From contig JASGKS010000001.1 in NCBI GenBank assembly GCA_047600485.1, forward strand, positions 6,592,259-6,656,258: DNA of 64,000 bases. The letters run 5' to 3'. The stretch comes from Archangium sp. (GTDB lineage: Bacteria; Myxococcota; Myxococcia; Myxococcales; Myxococcaceae). A program made the position numbers and the translations under genes. The notes below the pieces were generated by a model. It was not told the DNA's origin and made no database searches. It worked only from the letters and a program-made list of their open reading frames with translations. This document shows positions 53,777 to 63,400 of this stretch, in pieces. Within the stretch, counting starts at the first letter, position 1; each line of letters opens with the position of its first letter.

Positions 53777-55890
53777 TGTTCAAATCTGAGAATCTCGGGC
53801 GGCAGGTCTTGCGCGACGCGCAGGCCGTACCGTTGTGCCGCCTTGATATTGACACCGCGAAGCGGCGAGTCGCATCGCAGAATCGGTATCTCATAAAGAG
53901 CCTTCTTGCCCATTAGCCATGGAACGACAATTTGCTCAGCAGCGCGACGTCCCGAGTCGATGTCGTTGTTCGCGACAAGCGCGACCGCCCCCCGCGTCAT
54001 GTCGGCCTCGTTACCTGCAACAAGCGCCACGGCAAGCGTGCGTGACAGTTGTGCAAAGTTGGCGTTGACGTAGTACCATCCAAACACGACGTCAATCTCG
54101 CGCGGCACAGCTTGAGCGTGTTCAATAGGAGTCACGGCGATGCCGGACTCATGAGAGAACTTGGCGATTCGATCGCGCACGATCACGTCTTGCGCGATTT
54201 GTGCATCATAAAGATACCCGAGTCGTGCATCAGGGAACGTTGTCGACAAGAAACGGAGCGCATTTTCAGGTGTCGCATAGGAGACGCCAGCGATGTTTCC
54301 GCGCCTCTTGTCGCCGTCCATGGACGAGACAAGCCCTGACGCTACAGGGTCGGTCACGCCAGCAAACACGATCGGCAGCTTGTCGCGATGTAATCGCAAT
54401 GCATCGACACTAACTTGAGTACCAATTGTGAAGAGGAGTGCTGGCGGTCTCTCAAACCGCTCGAGCAGTTCTCGGACGGCGCCTTGATTTGCGGCGAAGT
54501 CGCGGTCGCTGCTTCCTGGTGAGCCGATCGTGCGCTCGAAACGAGGTGCCAGTCCAGTGGGCGCCAGCAATTCGCGGAGACGGCTCTTGAACGCATCTTC
54601 GATCGTGCGTGCGTACTCTGCGTCTCCGTTGAGCACAACCGCAACATCGACAATCTTCGCCCCATCGTTCTTTGCGGGCTGGTCGGATCGCGCAGCTGCG
54701 ACCCCCGCGGCAAACACGATCAAGAATGGGACGAGAATCGTTAAAGATGCGGCAATCAGTATGCGAATCAGCCGGAAGCGATGCGGCCATTTCCAGCGCG
54801 CGACAGCTGCTTCACGAAGCGCGTTCACGCGATTTACGGCTTCGGCATACTCCGCGGCCGTCGGTTCTTTGTCTTTGAGAAGGGGCAGGCCGTGCGGTTC
54901 TAAGTGGAGAAAGCGCAAAACGGCAAGTCTGCCGGACTCCGCCATGAGTTCTTTATCCAACTGGCCAATCGAGAAGTCGACCGTTCCTATTGGGGCCGTG
55001 TTGATTCGAACAATGCAATGCCGGTTCGCCTCAATCGCAAGGTTCTCATCCTGCCCTAGAAATATTCTAAATACGTGTTTGAGAACGGTCGTCGCCGATA
55101 GCGTTGCATCTGACGGACGATCGGGCTTCGATGCATCGTGCAAATACAACCCGAGAACATTGGCGTGGGCCCATTCGCGGCGAGCTTGATCGAGTGCGAA
55201 GTTGGCAACAAGCCCACCGTCGAACAGTATGTTTTTTCCGACTACCTGTGGTTCAAAGAAACCCGGGATTGCGACGCTGCACCTTACGGCGTGCTCGACG
55301 TCGTCCTCAGGTGAACCGAAAAGGACGGTGTTCGGCGTGCCCGTGCTTGAGGCGACGACTAACGCCCCGTGTTTCAAGCTCCGGAACTTCGCCCCGAGGT
55401 AGTCATCCGGCTCAATTCGTTCACGGCCATTCGAATGCGGGCGCCAGCGCAATGCATGTTCGATAAAGCGACCAATCGGCTTCGTGCTGAAAGCGAATCC
55501 CCTGAAAAGAGGTACAAGGATTCTAAACCAAATGACTAACTCAAAAAAAAGATAGGCAATGGCGCGGAGCACGAGACGCCATCGAGGCGGTCGCGGTCTT
55601 TCACTCTCTCTCCATGGAGGTTGGGACCACTCCGGTTCCCAGCTTTCAACCAGAAAATCGGAGAATCGTTGCGCGTTAATGATTGCGGCTGTCGTCTTCG
55701 CATCGTAACCCATTGCTAGGACAATCGCCGTCATCGCACCTGCAGAGGTACCGGCAAATTGTTCGAAACGGACATCAACACGATTGGTCAGCTCCAGAAG
55801 TGCCCCAGCAAATGCGGCGCCTTTTACACCGCCACCATTGAACACAAGCCCAAACTTGGCTCCACGCTCGATCGTCGTTTCACGCTCCAC
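53773..55890 (-). CDS. Patatin-like phospholipase fused via TM helix to ABC-type substrate-binding-like (PF04392-like) domain
   Basis: GGGVKG oxyanion, GTSAG serine and DGG aspartate. TM helix LIRILIAASLTILVPFLIVFAAGV. The C-terminal PIVFAGVTDPVASGLVSSMD...GNIAGVS matches the ABC_sub_bind core. Confidence 0.8.
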   Translation of the reverse strand: MERETTIERGAKFGLVFNGGGVKGAAFAGALLELTNRVDVRFEQFAGTSAGAMTAIVLAMGYDAKTTAAIINAQRFSDFLVESWEPEWSQPPWRESERPRPPRWRLVLRAIAYLFFELVIWFRILVPLFRGFAFSTKPIGRFIEHALRWRPHSNGRERIEPDDYLGAKFRSLKHGALVVASSTGTPNTVLFGSPEDDVEHAVRCSVAIPGFFEPQVVGKNILFDGGLVANFALDQARREWAHANVLGLYLHDASKPDRPSDATLSATTVLKHVFRIFLGQDENLAIEANRHCIVRINTAPIGTVDFSIGQLDKELMAESGRLAVLRFLHLEPHGLPLLKDKEPTAAEYAEAVNRVNALREAAVARWKWPHRFRLIRILIAASLTILVPFLIVFAAGVAAARSDQPAKNDGAKIVDVAVVLNGDAEYARTIEDAFKSRLRELLAPTGLAPRFERTIGSPGSSDRDFAANQGAVRELLERFERPPALLFTIGTQVSVDALRLHRDKLPIVFAGVTDPVASGLVSSMDGDKRRGNIAGVSYATPENALRFLSTTFPDARLGYLYDAQIAQDVIVRDRIAKFSHESGIAVTPIEHAQAVPREIDVVFGWYYVNANFAQLSRTLAVALVAGNEADMTRGAVALVANNDIDSGRRAAEQIVVPWLMGKKALYEIPILRCDSPLRGVNIKAAQRYGLRVAQDLPPEILRFEQ

Positions 55891-56081
55891 AAGTCCCCCG
55901 GATTTCGCAGGCTACTGATTCTTCCCTCGTCAACACAATTGCGAAGTCGAGTCGCTTCCGAGATGTTGCGTTGGCGCTGAGGCAATTCGCGGAGCATCCC
56001 ACTTGAACGGAGGCGATGAGCTTACGTTGTCTCTAGCGTGCCGAAACAGCGGCAAGTTGCATTCGTGTTTCGACAAGACAC

Positions 56082-56843
56082 TCACGCGCGTACCCCAAGC
56101 GACGCCGCGTCAAGACCCTTCCAATTTCCGCGCGCCGCGTAGGGCACCAACCGCGTGAACAGCGACTCGGAAAAATGCCCGCCCTGCAGCGCCGCCTGCG
56201 CCGCAGCGTGATGCGCAGAGTCTCTCGCCCACCCCACGAGCTCCGCTTCCGAGCGCCACAGGGTGAAGGTGCACTGACGGAACACCGGCGCTTCGCCCAA
56301 CCCGATCGAGAGCAGGCACGCCTCGCTCCGCGCGATGGCTTCCTGCGCCTTCGGCGCGTGCTCCCAGAACTCCGTCGCCCGCGAAGGCTTGATGGAGCCG
56401 CGCGTCAGCGAAGCGATGACTCCGCCGCTCGGTGCAGGGACGCTCAGCGCAACCGGCTCCACGGAGTCCCACGCGCCACGGCTCGCGTACGCGCGCAGCT
56501 TCATCGTCAGCCAGCTGTTCCCCCGCGCGCGATACAGCGCGAGCTGCTCCGAGCTCTCGAGCCACGCATCGGCCGCCGCGTCGTCGTCGAACACCGCGAA
56601 CAACCCCTGGTGCGAAACGCTCGGCTTCAAACCAAACCCGCCCTCGTGACCCGAGCCGAGCACCTTGCGAAAACGCACTCCGGGCACGCGAGACAAGGGC
56701 CACCGCCCGAACATCAGGTTGCGGATGCCCGCCCACCGCGCGCCGGGCGCGAAGTCGACGATGGCGAGGACTGCGACTGAGCCGGGGGGCTGCACCGGGG
56801 CTCGCGTATCAGAGATGCGGGCTGCCCCCCCAACCAGGACCAC
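56082..56843 (-). CDS. Hypothetical protein
   Basis: 253-aa ORF. High GC returns here; the start is uncertain. Confidence 0.4.
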   Translation of the reverse strand: MVLVGGAARISDTRAPVQPPGSVAVLAIVDFAPGARWAGIRNLMFGRWPLSRVPGVRFRKVLGSGHEGGFGLKPSVSHQGLFAVFDDDAAADAWLESSEQLALYRARGNSWLTMKLRAYASRGAWDSVEPVALSVPAPSGGVIASLTRGSIKPSRATEFWEHAPKAQEAIARSEACLLSIGLGEAPVFRQCTFTLWRSEAELVGWARDSAHHAAAQAALQGGHFSESLFTRLVPYAARGNWKGLDAASLGVRA

Positions 56844-56952
56844 TCCCCGGCAGCTCGCGGATCAGACCGTCTGCGAAGTACGTGCCGAAGCCTCTCCGCT
56901 CGGTGAGGCCTCTTCAGACTGTCCAATCTCCCGGACAGCGCGACCTCGACTG

Positions 56953-57561
56953 TCAATTCGGCAAGACAAGCTGCGAACCGTCTCGCAACCACACGCGCGT
57001 GCCCGCGGAGCTGCGCTCCACGCGCTCGGGAACTTCGAGCCATTGCTTCACTGCGCCCTCAGGCACGTCACGCCGCCACGCCGCATCGAGCTGCGCGGTG
57101 GTGTCGAACGTCAAATTCGCCAGCCGCCGTTCCACTTCGCCAGACTCGCCCATGCCCAGCACCATCGGGTCGAGCAGCAACCCCACCAGCGCCTCGTGGA
57201 GCGCTGCCCGCTCGCCCGCCGTCAGCTCCGACGCCGCCAACGCCACCCGCGCGCGCAACCGCTGGTCGAGCACCGGCCGCGGGCCCGCGAACTGCGTCAG
57301 CGCCGCCTCTCCGACAATCCAATCATCGACCCAACCGTGCGCCGTTCCATCGGTCACCGCGTCGTCTTCGGAGTCGAGGTAGCGCAACGCGCGCGCCAGA
57401 CCCAGTCGTGACGCGGGCGCGCGGTCGGGCTCGTCGAGCTGCGTCTTCAAGCGCAGCCGCAGCGCGCTCACTTCCGGCGGAGGCCTCTCGCTCGAACACG
57501 CGGAAGCAAACGCCATCGCGAACCCCACCACCACACCCCACCCCATCGCGCGCCGAGCCAT
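56953..57561 (-). CDS. Lipoprotein, function unknown
   Basis: Lipobox (FASAC|S). The ORF extension upstream of Met101 was rejected. Confidence 0.55.
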   Translation of the reverse strand: MARRAMGWGVVVGFAMAFASACSSERPPPEVSALRLRLKTQLDEPDRAPASRLGLARALRYLDSEDDAVTDGTAHGWVDDWIVGEAALTQFAGPRPVLDQRLRARVALAASELTAGERAALHEALVGLLLDPMVLGMGESGEVERRLANLTFDTTAQLDAAWRRDVPEGAVKQWLEVPERVERSSAGTRVWLRDGSQLVLPN

Positions 57562-57691
57562 GCGGCAACTCTCAGCAACGCGCGTGCCTCGTGACGTGCT
57601 CGGGCGAACTGTCCAATCGAGTGGACAGCACACACGCACCAGTCGCTCTCTGACGTGTGGCGCTTTCGTTGCACTTGAAATTCTCGTGGCG

Positions 57692-59233
57692 ATGCGCGCG
57701 CTCATCACCGTCGATCGGCTGGTACCTTCGCCGGTCGTGACCCATACAGATCGACTGAGGCTCGAGCGCACGTTGCTCGCTTCGCTCCTGAAGTTGACCC
57801 GGGAAGACGCAGACGAGAAGCAGGTGCGCAGCTGCCTGCAGCTCCTCGGCAGCGTCACCAAAGCGCGCCGCGTCTACCTCGAGGTCTACCAACTCGACGA
57901 AGACGAGAAGCCGCGGTGGCAGGTGAGTGAAGGCTTCTCCGATGACGAAGCCGACGCCGTGCACCAGCTCACCTCGCGCGGAATCGTCGCTGCGGCGCTG
58001 GCGTCGGGCGAAACGGTGCACACGCCCTTCGCGCTGCTCGACGACCGCTTCAAGGACCGCCCCAGCGTGCAGAGCCGTCGCCTCGAGGCCGTGCTCTGCG
58101 TGCCGGTCGGTGAGAACGGCGGCGTGCTGTATCTGGAAGGCGCTCCCGACGGAGGCCCGTTCCAACCCGAAGACGTCGAGCTGGTGATGGAAGTCGGAGC
58201 CGCGCTCGGCCCACTCCTCGAGCGTTTGTCGGAGCGCGCCGCGGCCCAGACGCCCGACTCCGACCCCACGCGCGCCTGGCGCGAACGGCTGCTCCTCACC
58301 GGAATGGTCGGCCGCTCGCCGCGCCTCGTCGAGGTCTTCAGCCAGGTCGAGCTCGCCGCTCCCAATCAGGTGCCGGTGCTCATCAGCGGAGAGACCGGCA
58401 CCGGCAAGACCCAGCTCGCGCGCGTCATTCACGACAACGGCCCGCGCCGCGCGTTTCCCTTCGTCGAGCTCAACTGCGCCAACTTCAACGAGGGGCTCAT
58501 CGAGGCCGAGCTGTTCGGCACCGTGCCCGGCGCGTTCACCGGAGCGACCAAGCGCCGCGGTCAGGTCGAGGCCGCGCACGGCGGCACGCTGTTCCTCGAC
58601 GAAATCGCTGAGCTGCCGCTGAGCGCGCAGGCGCGGTTGCTCCAGCTGCTGCAGAGCCAGCGCTTCTTCCCTGTCGGCAGCACGCAAGAGCAATCGGCCA
58701 ACGTGCGCTTCATGGCGGCGACCCACCAGCCGCTCGACAAGCTGATGGCCGAGGGCAAGTTCCGCGAAGACCTCTTCTTCCGCTTGAACGTGGTCACCAT
58801 TCGCATGCCCTCGCTGCGAGAGCGCAGCGGCGACGTGCCTGACCTGGTGGTGGAGCTGCTTCGCGTCATCTCAGCCGAGGTCGGCTGCGCGCCGCTGCCG
58901 CCGTCACACGGGCTGCTGCGCTCGTGCCGCACGCTCGACCTGCCGGGCAACGTGCGCGGGCTCAAGTCGGTGCTCACCGTCGCGTTGCTGCGCGCGAATC
59001 AAGAAGGCGCGGCGCAGGTCGAGACCCACCACCTCACTCCGGGCAGCACCGACGGCCCGGCGCAGACCTTCCACGGGCTGACGCGCGCGTTTCAAAGAGA
59101 CCTGCTGCAGCGCGAGCTCGATTCCACCGGGTGGAACGTTTCCGAAGTGGCGCGGCGCATCGATTTGAGCCGGGCCCATCTCTACAACCTGATTCGTGAA
59201 CTTCAGCTGAGGAGCCCCACCAAGGAGAAGTGA
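57692..59233 (+). CDS. Sigma-54-dependent enhancer-binding protein (GAF-like N-domain + AAA+ + Fis HTH)
   Basis: GETGTGKT Walker A, GAFTGA sigma54-contact motif, ESELFG-like motif, and a C-terminal HTH (VSEVARRIDLSRAHLYNLIRE). Confidence 0.85.
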   Translation: MRALITVDRLVPSPVVTHTDRLRLERTLLASLLKLTREDADEKQVRSCLQLLGSVTKARRVYLEVYQLDEDEKPRWQVSEGFSDDEADAVHQLTSRGIVAAALASGETVHTPFALLDDRFKDRPSVQSRRLEAVLCVPVGENGGVLYLEGAPDGGPFQPEDVELVMEVGAALGPLLERLSERAAAQTPDSDPTRAWRERLLLTGMVGRSPRLVEVFSQVELAAPNQVPVLISGETGTGKTQLARVIHDNGPRRAFPFVELNCANFNEGLIEAELFGTVPGAFTGATKRRGQVEAAHGGTLFLDEIAELPLSAQARLLQLLQSQRFFPVGSTQEQSANVRFMAATHQPLDKLMAEGKFREDLFFRLNVVTIRMPSLRERSGDVPDLVVELLRVISAEVGCAPLPPSHGLLRSCRTLDLPGNVRGLKSVLTVALLRANQEGAAQVETHHLTPGSTDGPAQTFHGLTRAFQRDLLQRELDSTGWNVSEVARRIDLSRAHLYNLIRELQLRSPTKEK

Positions 59234-59779
59234 ATGGCCGCGACGTACGAACCTGCGAGTCTTTACAAAGATGCCATCGTCCACCGTCAGACGTCGCTGC
59301 CTTCCACGCGACAGTACTGGGCGTGGGACGTGATGAGTCGAATCGACCTCGAGTACTACTGGGTCGAAGCGACGACGTCGGACTTCCAGAGTTCCACGGA
59401 CGAATCGGGAGACATCACCCTCATCAAGCTCACCGGCAACGTGGGCGCGACCGTGTTCGTCACGCGCAACGACTCCAACCTGTGGGCGCCGCAGCCGTCC
59501 ACGCTCTTCTACCCGGGCTCCGGCAGCTCGGAGAATCGCGGCATCTTGCTCGTCACCGCCGCGTTCTTCCCGGACCACGGGCTGGAGCGCGCGAACTATG
59601 CAGATGGTGGCGGCAGCAAGTACCCGCGCCAGCTCGGCGAGCTCTTCGTCGCCGCGATGCGGGTGATGCGCACGCTGCGTGACACCACACCGCGGGCCGT
59701 CGACGAGGCCACCAGCCAACTCGACGTCGAGAGCCGCGAGCTCTTGAAGGGGTTCCTCGCCGGCGGCAAGGAGCGCTGA
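59234..59779 (+). CDS. Hypothetical protein
   Basis: Starts 1 nt after the EBP stop (TGAATG), so likely co-transcribed. Confidence 0.5.
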   Translation: MAATYEPASLYKDAIVHRQTSLPSTRQYWAWDVMSRIDLEYYWVEATTSDFQSSTDESGDITLIKLTGNVGATVFVTRNDSNLWAPQPSTLFYPGSGSSENRGILLVTAAFFPDHGLERANYADGGGSKYPRQLGELFVAAMRVMRTLRDTTPRAVDEATSQLDVESRELLKGFLAGGKER

Positions 59780-59782
59780 GCG

Positions 59783-60340
59783 ATGGACGCCAAGATCACC
59801 CTATTGTCCGCGCAGGACGAGCAGCACCTGCAGGAAATCGCGTCGCGCTTTCATCAGCAGACCGAGGCGACCCCTTCGTATGCGACCGCGCTCATCACCT
59901 CGGCGATGGAAGCGCCGAACCCGCTCGCCGGAGTCTTGAAGTTCTCGGTGCGTCGGAGTGCCGGCCGTTTGTTGCGAGCTGATTTCGTCGGGCACGCGCT
60001 GCTCGAGCGGCCGACGCGAAAGAACGCTCCGATGAGCTACGGCATGAGCACCACCAACGCGCGGACCATCACGCTCGGCGTGTCGCGCGGGAAGTTCGTG
60101 GGGCTCGAGCTGCTCGACGCGCTGTCGCACGCGTACCCGGTGCCCGATTTGGTGGTGCGCTTTCTGCTCTGCGATGGGGCGAATTTTCCGCGCGAGTTCT
60201 TGAGCGCGTGTGTCGAGCGGCTGCGCAAGTTCAGCCCGCTCGCGGTGCTGCAGCTGAGCAAGGGCGGCGTACACGCGGGACATTTCGGTCCCGGTGGTTT
60301 TCAGGACAAGCACGCAGATCGCCTCGTCCCGTTTCCCTGA
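59783..60340 (+). CDS. Hypothetical protein
   Basis: Third gene of the putative EBP operon. Followed by a repeat element. Confidence 0.5.
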   Translation: MDAKITLLSAQDEQHLQEIASRFHQQTEATPSYATALITSAMEAPNPLAGVLKFSVRRSAGRLLRADFVGHALLERPTRKNAPMSYGMSTTNARTITLGVSRGKFVGLELLDALSHAYPVPDLVVRFLLCDGANFPREFLSACVERLRKFSPLAVLQLSKGGVHAGHFGPGGFQDKHADRLVPFP

Positions 60341-60420
60341 GAGGGTTGGGGTGAGGGTGGACCGCTTCTTTGACTGCGTTTCACCCTCACCCCGACCCTC
60401 TCCCTCGCGGGAGAGGGGGA
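60341..60420. repeat. Composite palindromic element (truncated left half plus full inverted right half)
   Basis: gagggttggggtgagggtggacc ...21 bp... gtttcaccctcaccccgaccctctccctcgcgggagaggg. Confidence 0.8.
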
Positions 60421-60442
60421 GAAGTCGTGTATAGCTGCCGCA

Positions 60443-63400
60443 GTGTTCGCAGGGTTCCGCATCGAACGACTCCTCGCTGAGGGCGCTTCGGCGCGCGTCT
60501 ACCTCGCACGCGACCCCACGCTGGACCGCGACGTCGCGCTGAAGGTCTTCAAGCCCGTCTCTGACAGCACGCAATTCCTCCGCGAGGCGCAGCTCACTGC
60601 GCGGCTCGACCATCAACACATCGTCCGCGTGCTCCACTGCGGCACCGAAGACGGTTCGCCGTTCCTGGTGCTCGAGTACGTCCCCGGGCCCACGCTCGCC
60701 GAGGTGATTGCCAAAGGCAGCCTCGACCCACAGCTCCCTGCGCGCGCCGCGACGGAAATCGCCGAAGGCCTCCGCTATCTCCACGCGCAAGGCGTGGTGC
60801 ACGGCGACCTGAAAGCCGAGAACGTGCTGATGCCCACCAGCGGCCGACTGCGGCTGGTCGACTTCGGGCTCTCGGCCGCCATCGGCCAACGCGCTGACGG
60901 TCGCGGCACCGAGGACACGCTCTCTCCACAATGCTGGCTCGCTCGACACCAGCTCACGCCGGCCGACGACATCTGGGCGCTCGGAGTGCTCCTCACGCAG
61001 CTCGTCACCGGCAAACCGCCCTTCGCCGCGGGAGAAGTGAGCCGCGCCGCGTTCTCGAACGTGGCCCTCGAGCCGCCGCGCGTCGGTGGCCCGCTGGAGC
61101 CGCTCATCGCCCGCTGTCTGTCGTGGGAACCCGCGCAACGGCCCTCGGCCGACGACGTGCTCGCAGCGCTGCGTCAGCTCGAGCTCGAAGCGCACCCGCC
61201 GTTTCGCGGGCTGGCTCCATTCTCCGAGCGCGACCGCGATGACTTTCAAGGCCGCGACGCCGAGACCCAGCGCGGCCTCGAGCTGCTCTCGCACCGCGAG
61301 CCGCTCGCCATCGCCGGCCCGTCAGGCGTGGGAAAGAGCTCGTTCGCGCACGCCCGGCTCGTGCCGCGCCTGCGCGAGAGCAGTGCGGGCGAGCTCACCG
61401 TGCTCTCGTTCCGGCCCGGAGCGCAGCCACTGCGAACGCTCGCGCTCGCGCTCGGTGACGCAGCGCTCGAAGCCCAGCTGGCGGCCGAGCCCACCAAACT
61501 CGGCCCGCTGCTGCGTGGCGCGCAACGTTCTCGCAAAGGCCCGCTCCTGGTGCTGGTGGACCAGTTCGAAGAAGTCTTCACCCTCGCCACCAGCGCCGAC
61601 GCCGACGCGTTCTGCAGAGCGCTCGCCGCGGCCGGCAGCGAATTCGTGAAATTGCTCGTGTTGGTGCGCGACGAATTCCTCGGTCGGCTCTTTCAATCTC
61701 CGCTCGCGAGCACCGACCTGCGCGTGCTCAGCCTGCGCCCGCTCGACGCCGGCGAGCTCGAGCGCGCCATCAGCGAGCCGCTGCGCCGCTGCCGAGCCCA
61801 GCTCGACCCGCCCTCGCTCGCGCGCCGCATCGCCGACGACGTCGCGCGGCAACCGGCTCCGCTGCCGCTGCTGCAGTTTTCCTGTCACGCGTTGTGGGAA
61901 CGGCGCGGCGCGGGCAACACGCTCAGTGGCTCCGAGTACGACCGGCTCGGTACGGCGGCCGGCATTCTCGCCGCGCACGCGCAAGATTTCTCGAGCGCCC
62001 TCGACGTCGAGTCGCGCACGCACGTGCGGCGCCTGCTGCTCACCGCGGTGAACGCCGACGGCACGCGACGACCGGTGCCGCGCGCGACGCTGCCCGACCA
62101 GAGTCTGGTCGATCGTCTCATCGAGCGCCGGTTGTTGGTGGCGCGCGACGACGCGGGTGTTCCCATCGTCGAGCTCGCGCACGAGTCGCTCGCCACGCTG
62201 TGGCCCGAGCTGCAGCGCTGGCTGCGCGAATCGACCGACGCGCACCGGCTGCAGAGCGACCTCGAGACCGCGGGTGAACGGTGGGAACGCCTCGGTCGAC
62301 GCGATGCCGACACGTGGCGCGAGAGCGTGCAGCTGACGCGCGAGCGGTTGGGCGACCTGCCGTTGTCTCCGCGCGCCGAGCGTTTCGTCGCCGCCAGTGA
62401 GCTGCTCGGTCAGAGCGCTGCCCGTCGCCGGCGCACGTTCTTCGCCGCCGCGCTCCTCGCTGCCTTCCTCATCAGCGGTGGCGCGGTGGCGCTCGCCCTT
62501 CGCTTCCGCGACAACGAGCGTCGCGCGCTCGAGCAGCAGGCCGAGCTGCTCGAAATCGCCGAGAACCTCGGAGCGGTGAAGCTCGAGTTCGCTCCACTCG
62601 ACTGGGACGGAGAGAAGTTCACGCCCGCGAGTCTCGACGGCCTCGCGCGCTCGTGGCGTCTGTGGCCCGCGGATCCTTCCGACCCGCACCGCCCACGCCT
62701 CGAGCGCCCGCTCGCCATTCGAGATTTGACGTTGAGCGGCACCGGTGTGGTGACCGCGTCGTTCCTCGCTCCGGGTGGGCCCGCGTTCCTCGAGGTGTAC
62801 GAGCGCGGTGGCGAGTGCCCCAGTTCGTGGATTCGCTTGAACGCACTTCCCGGTCTCGTCGAGCGGCGCAGTGGTCAGGTGTTGCAGGCGCGCATTCAGG
62901 TGCCGACGTGCCGCGCTTCCGCGGCCGATGAAGTCGCGCTGCGGCCCGGGCTGTGGCTCGACCGTCACGAAGAGCGCAACGCGTTGTACGCGCCCTTCGA
63001 GGCGATGCAGTCGGTGCATCACTACGACCACGTGCAGCCGCCGGCGAACGCCGATCTGAGCAGCGCGCTGTTGCCCGAGTACCCCGTCACCGGAGTCGAC
63101 TGGTTCACCGCCGCCGCCTTCTGCCGCTGGCAGGGCAAGCGTCTGCCGTTGATGGACGAGTGGCGCGCGGCCGACGTGGAAAGCAGCGGCACGCCGAACC
63201 TCGATGGAACCGGCGACGGCTTCGGCGCGCTCGCTCCCGTCGACGCGGCGCTCGACGTGACGCCGCTCGGCATCCGCTCACTGCGCGGCAACGTGCGCGA
63301 GTGGACGGCGTCGCTGCGCGCTGACGGCACGCAACGCATGGCGCTCATCGGCGGCGGCGACTGGGTGATGAGCCACGAACTCGAAGCGAAGTTTCGCAGC

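Noticed and set aside
50366-56100. A search for tRNA, integrase or transposase genes flanking the low-GC island.
   Set aside because: The two AT-richer intergenic regions (50367-50389 and 55891-56081) contain no recognisable tRNA T-arm (GTTCGAATC-like) and no recombinase ORF. Only a short TTAGTTAACTAA palindrome was seen at the left end.
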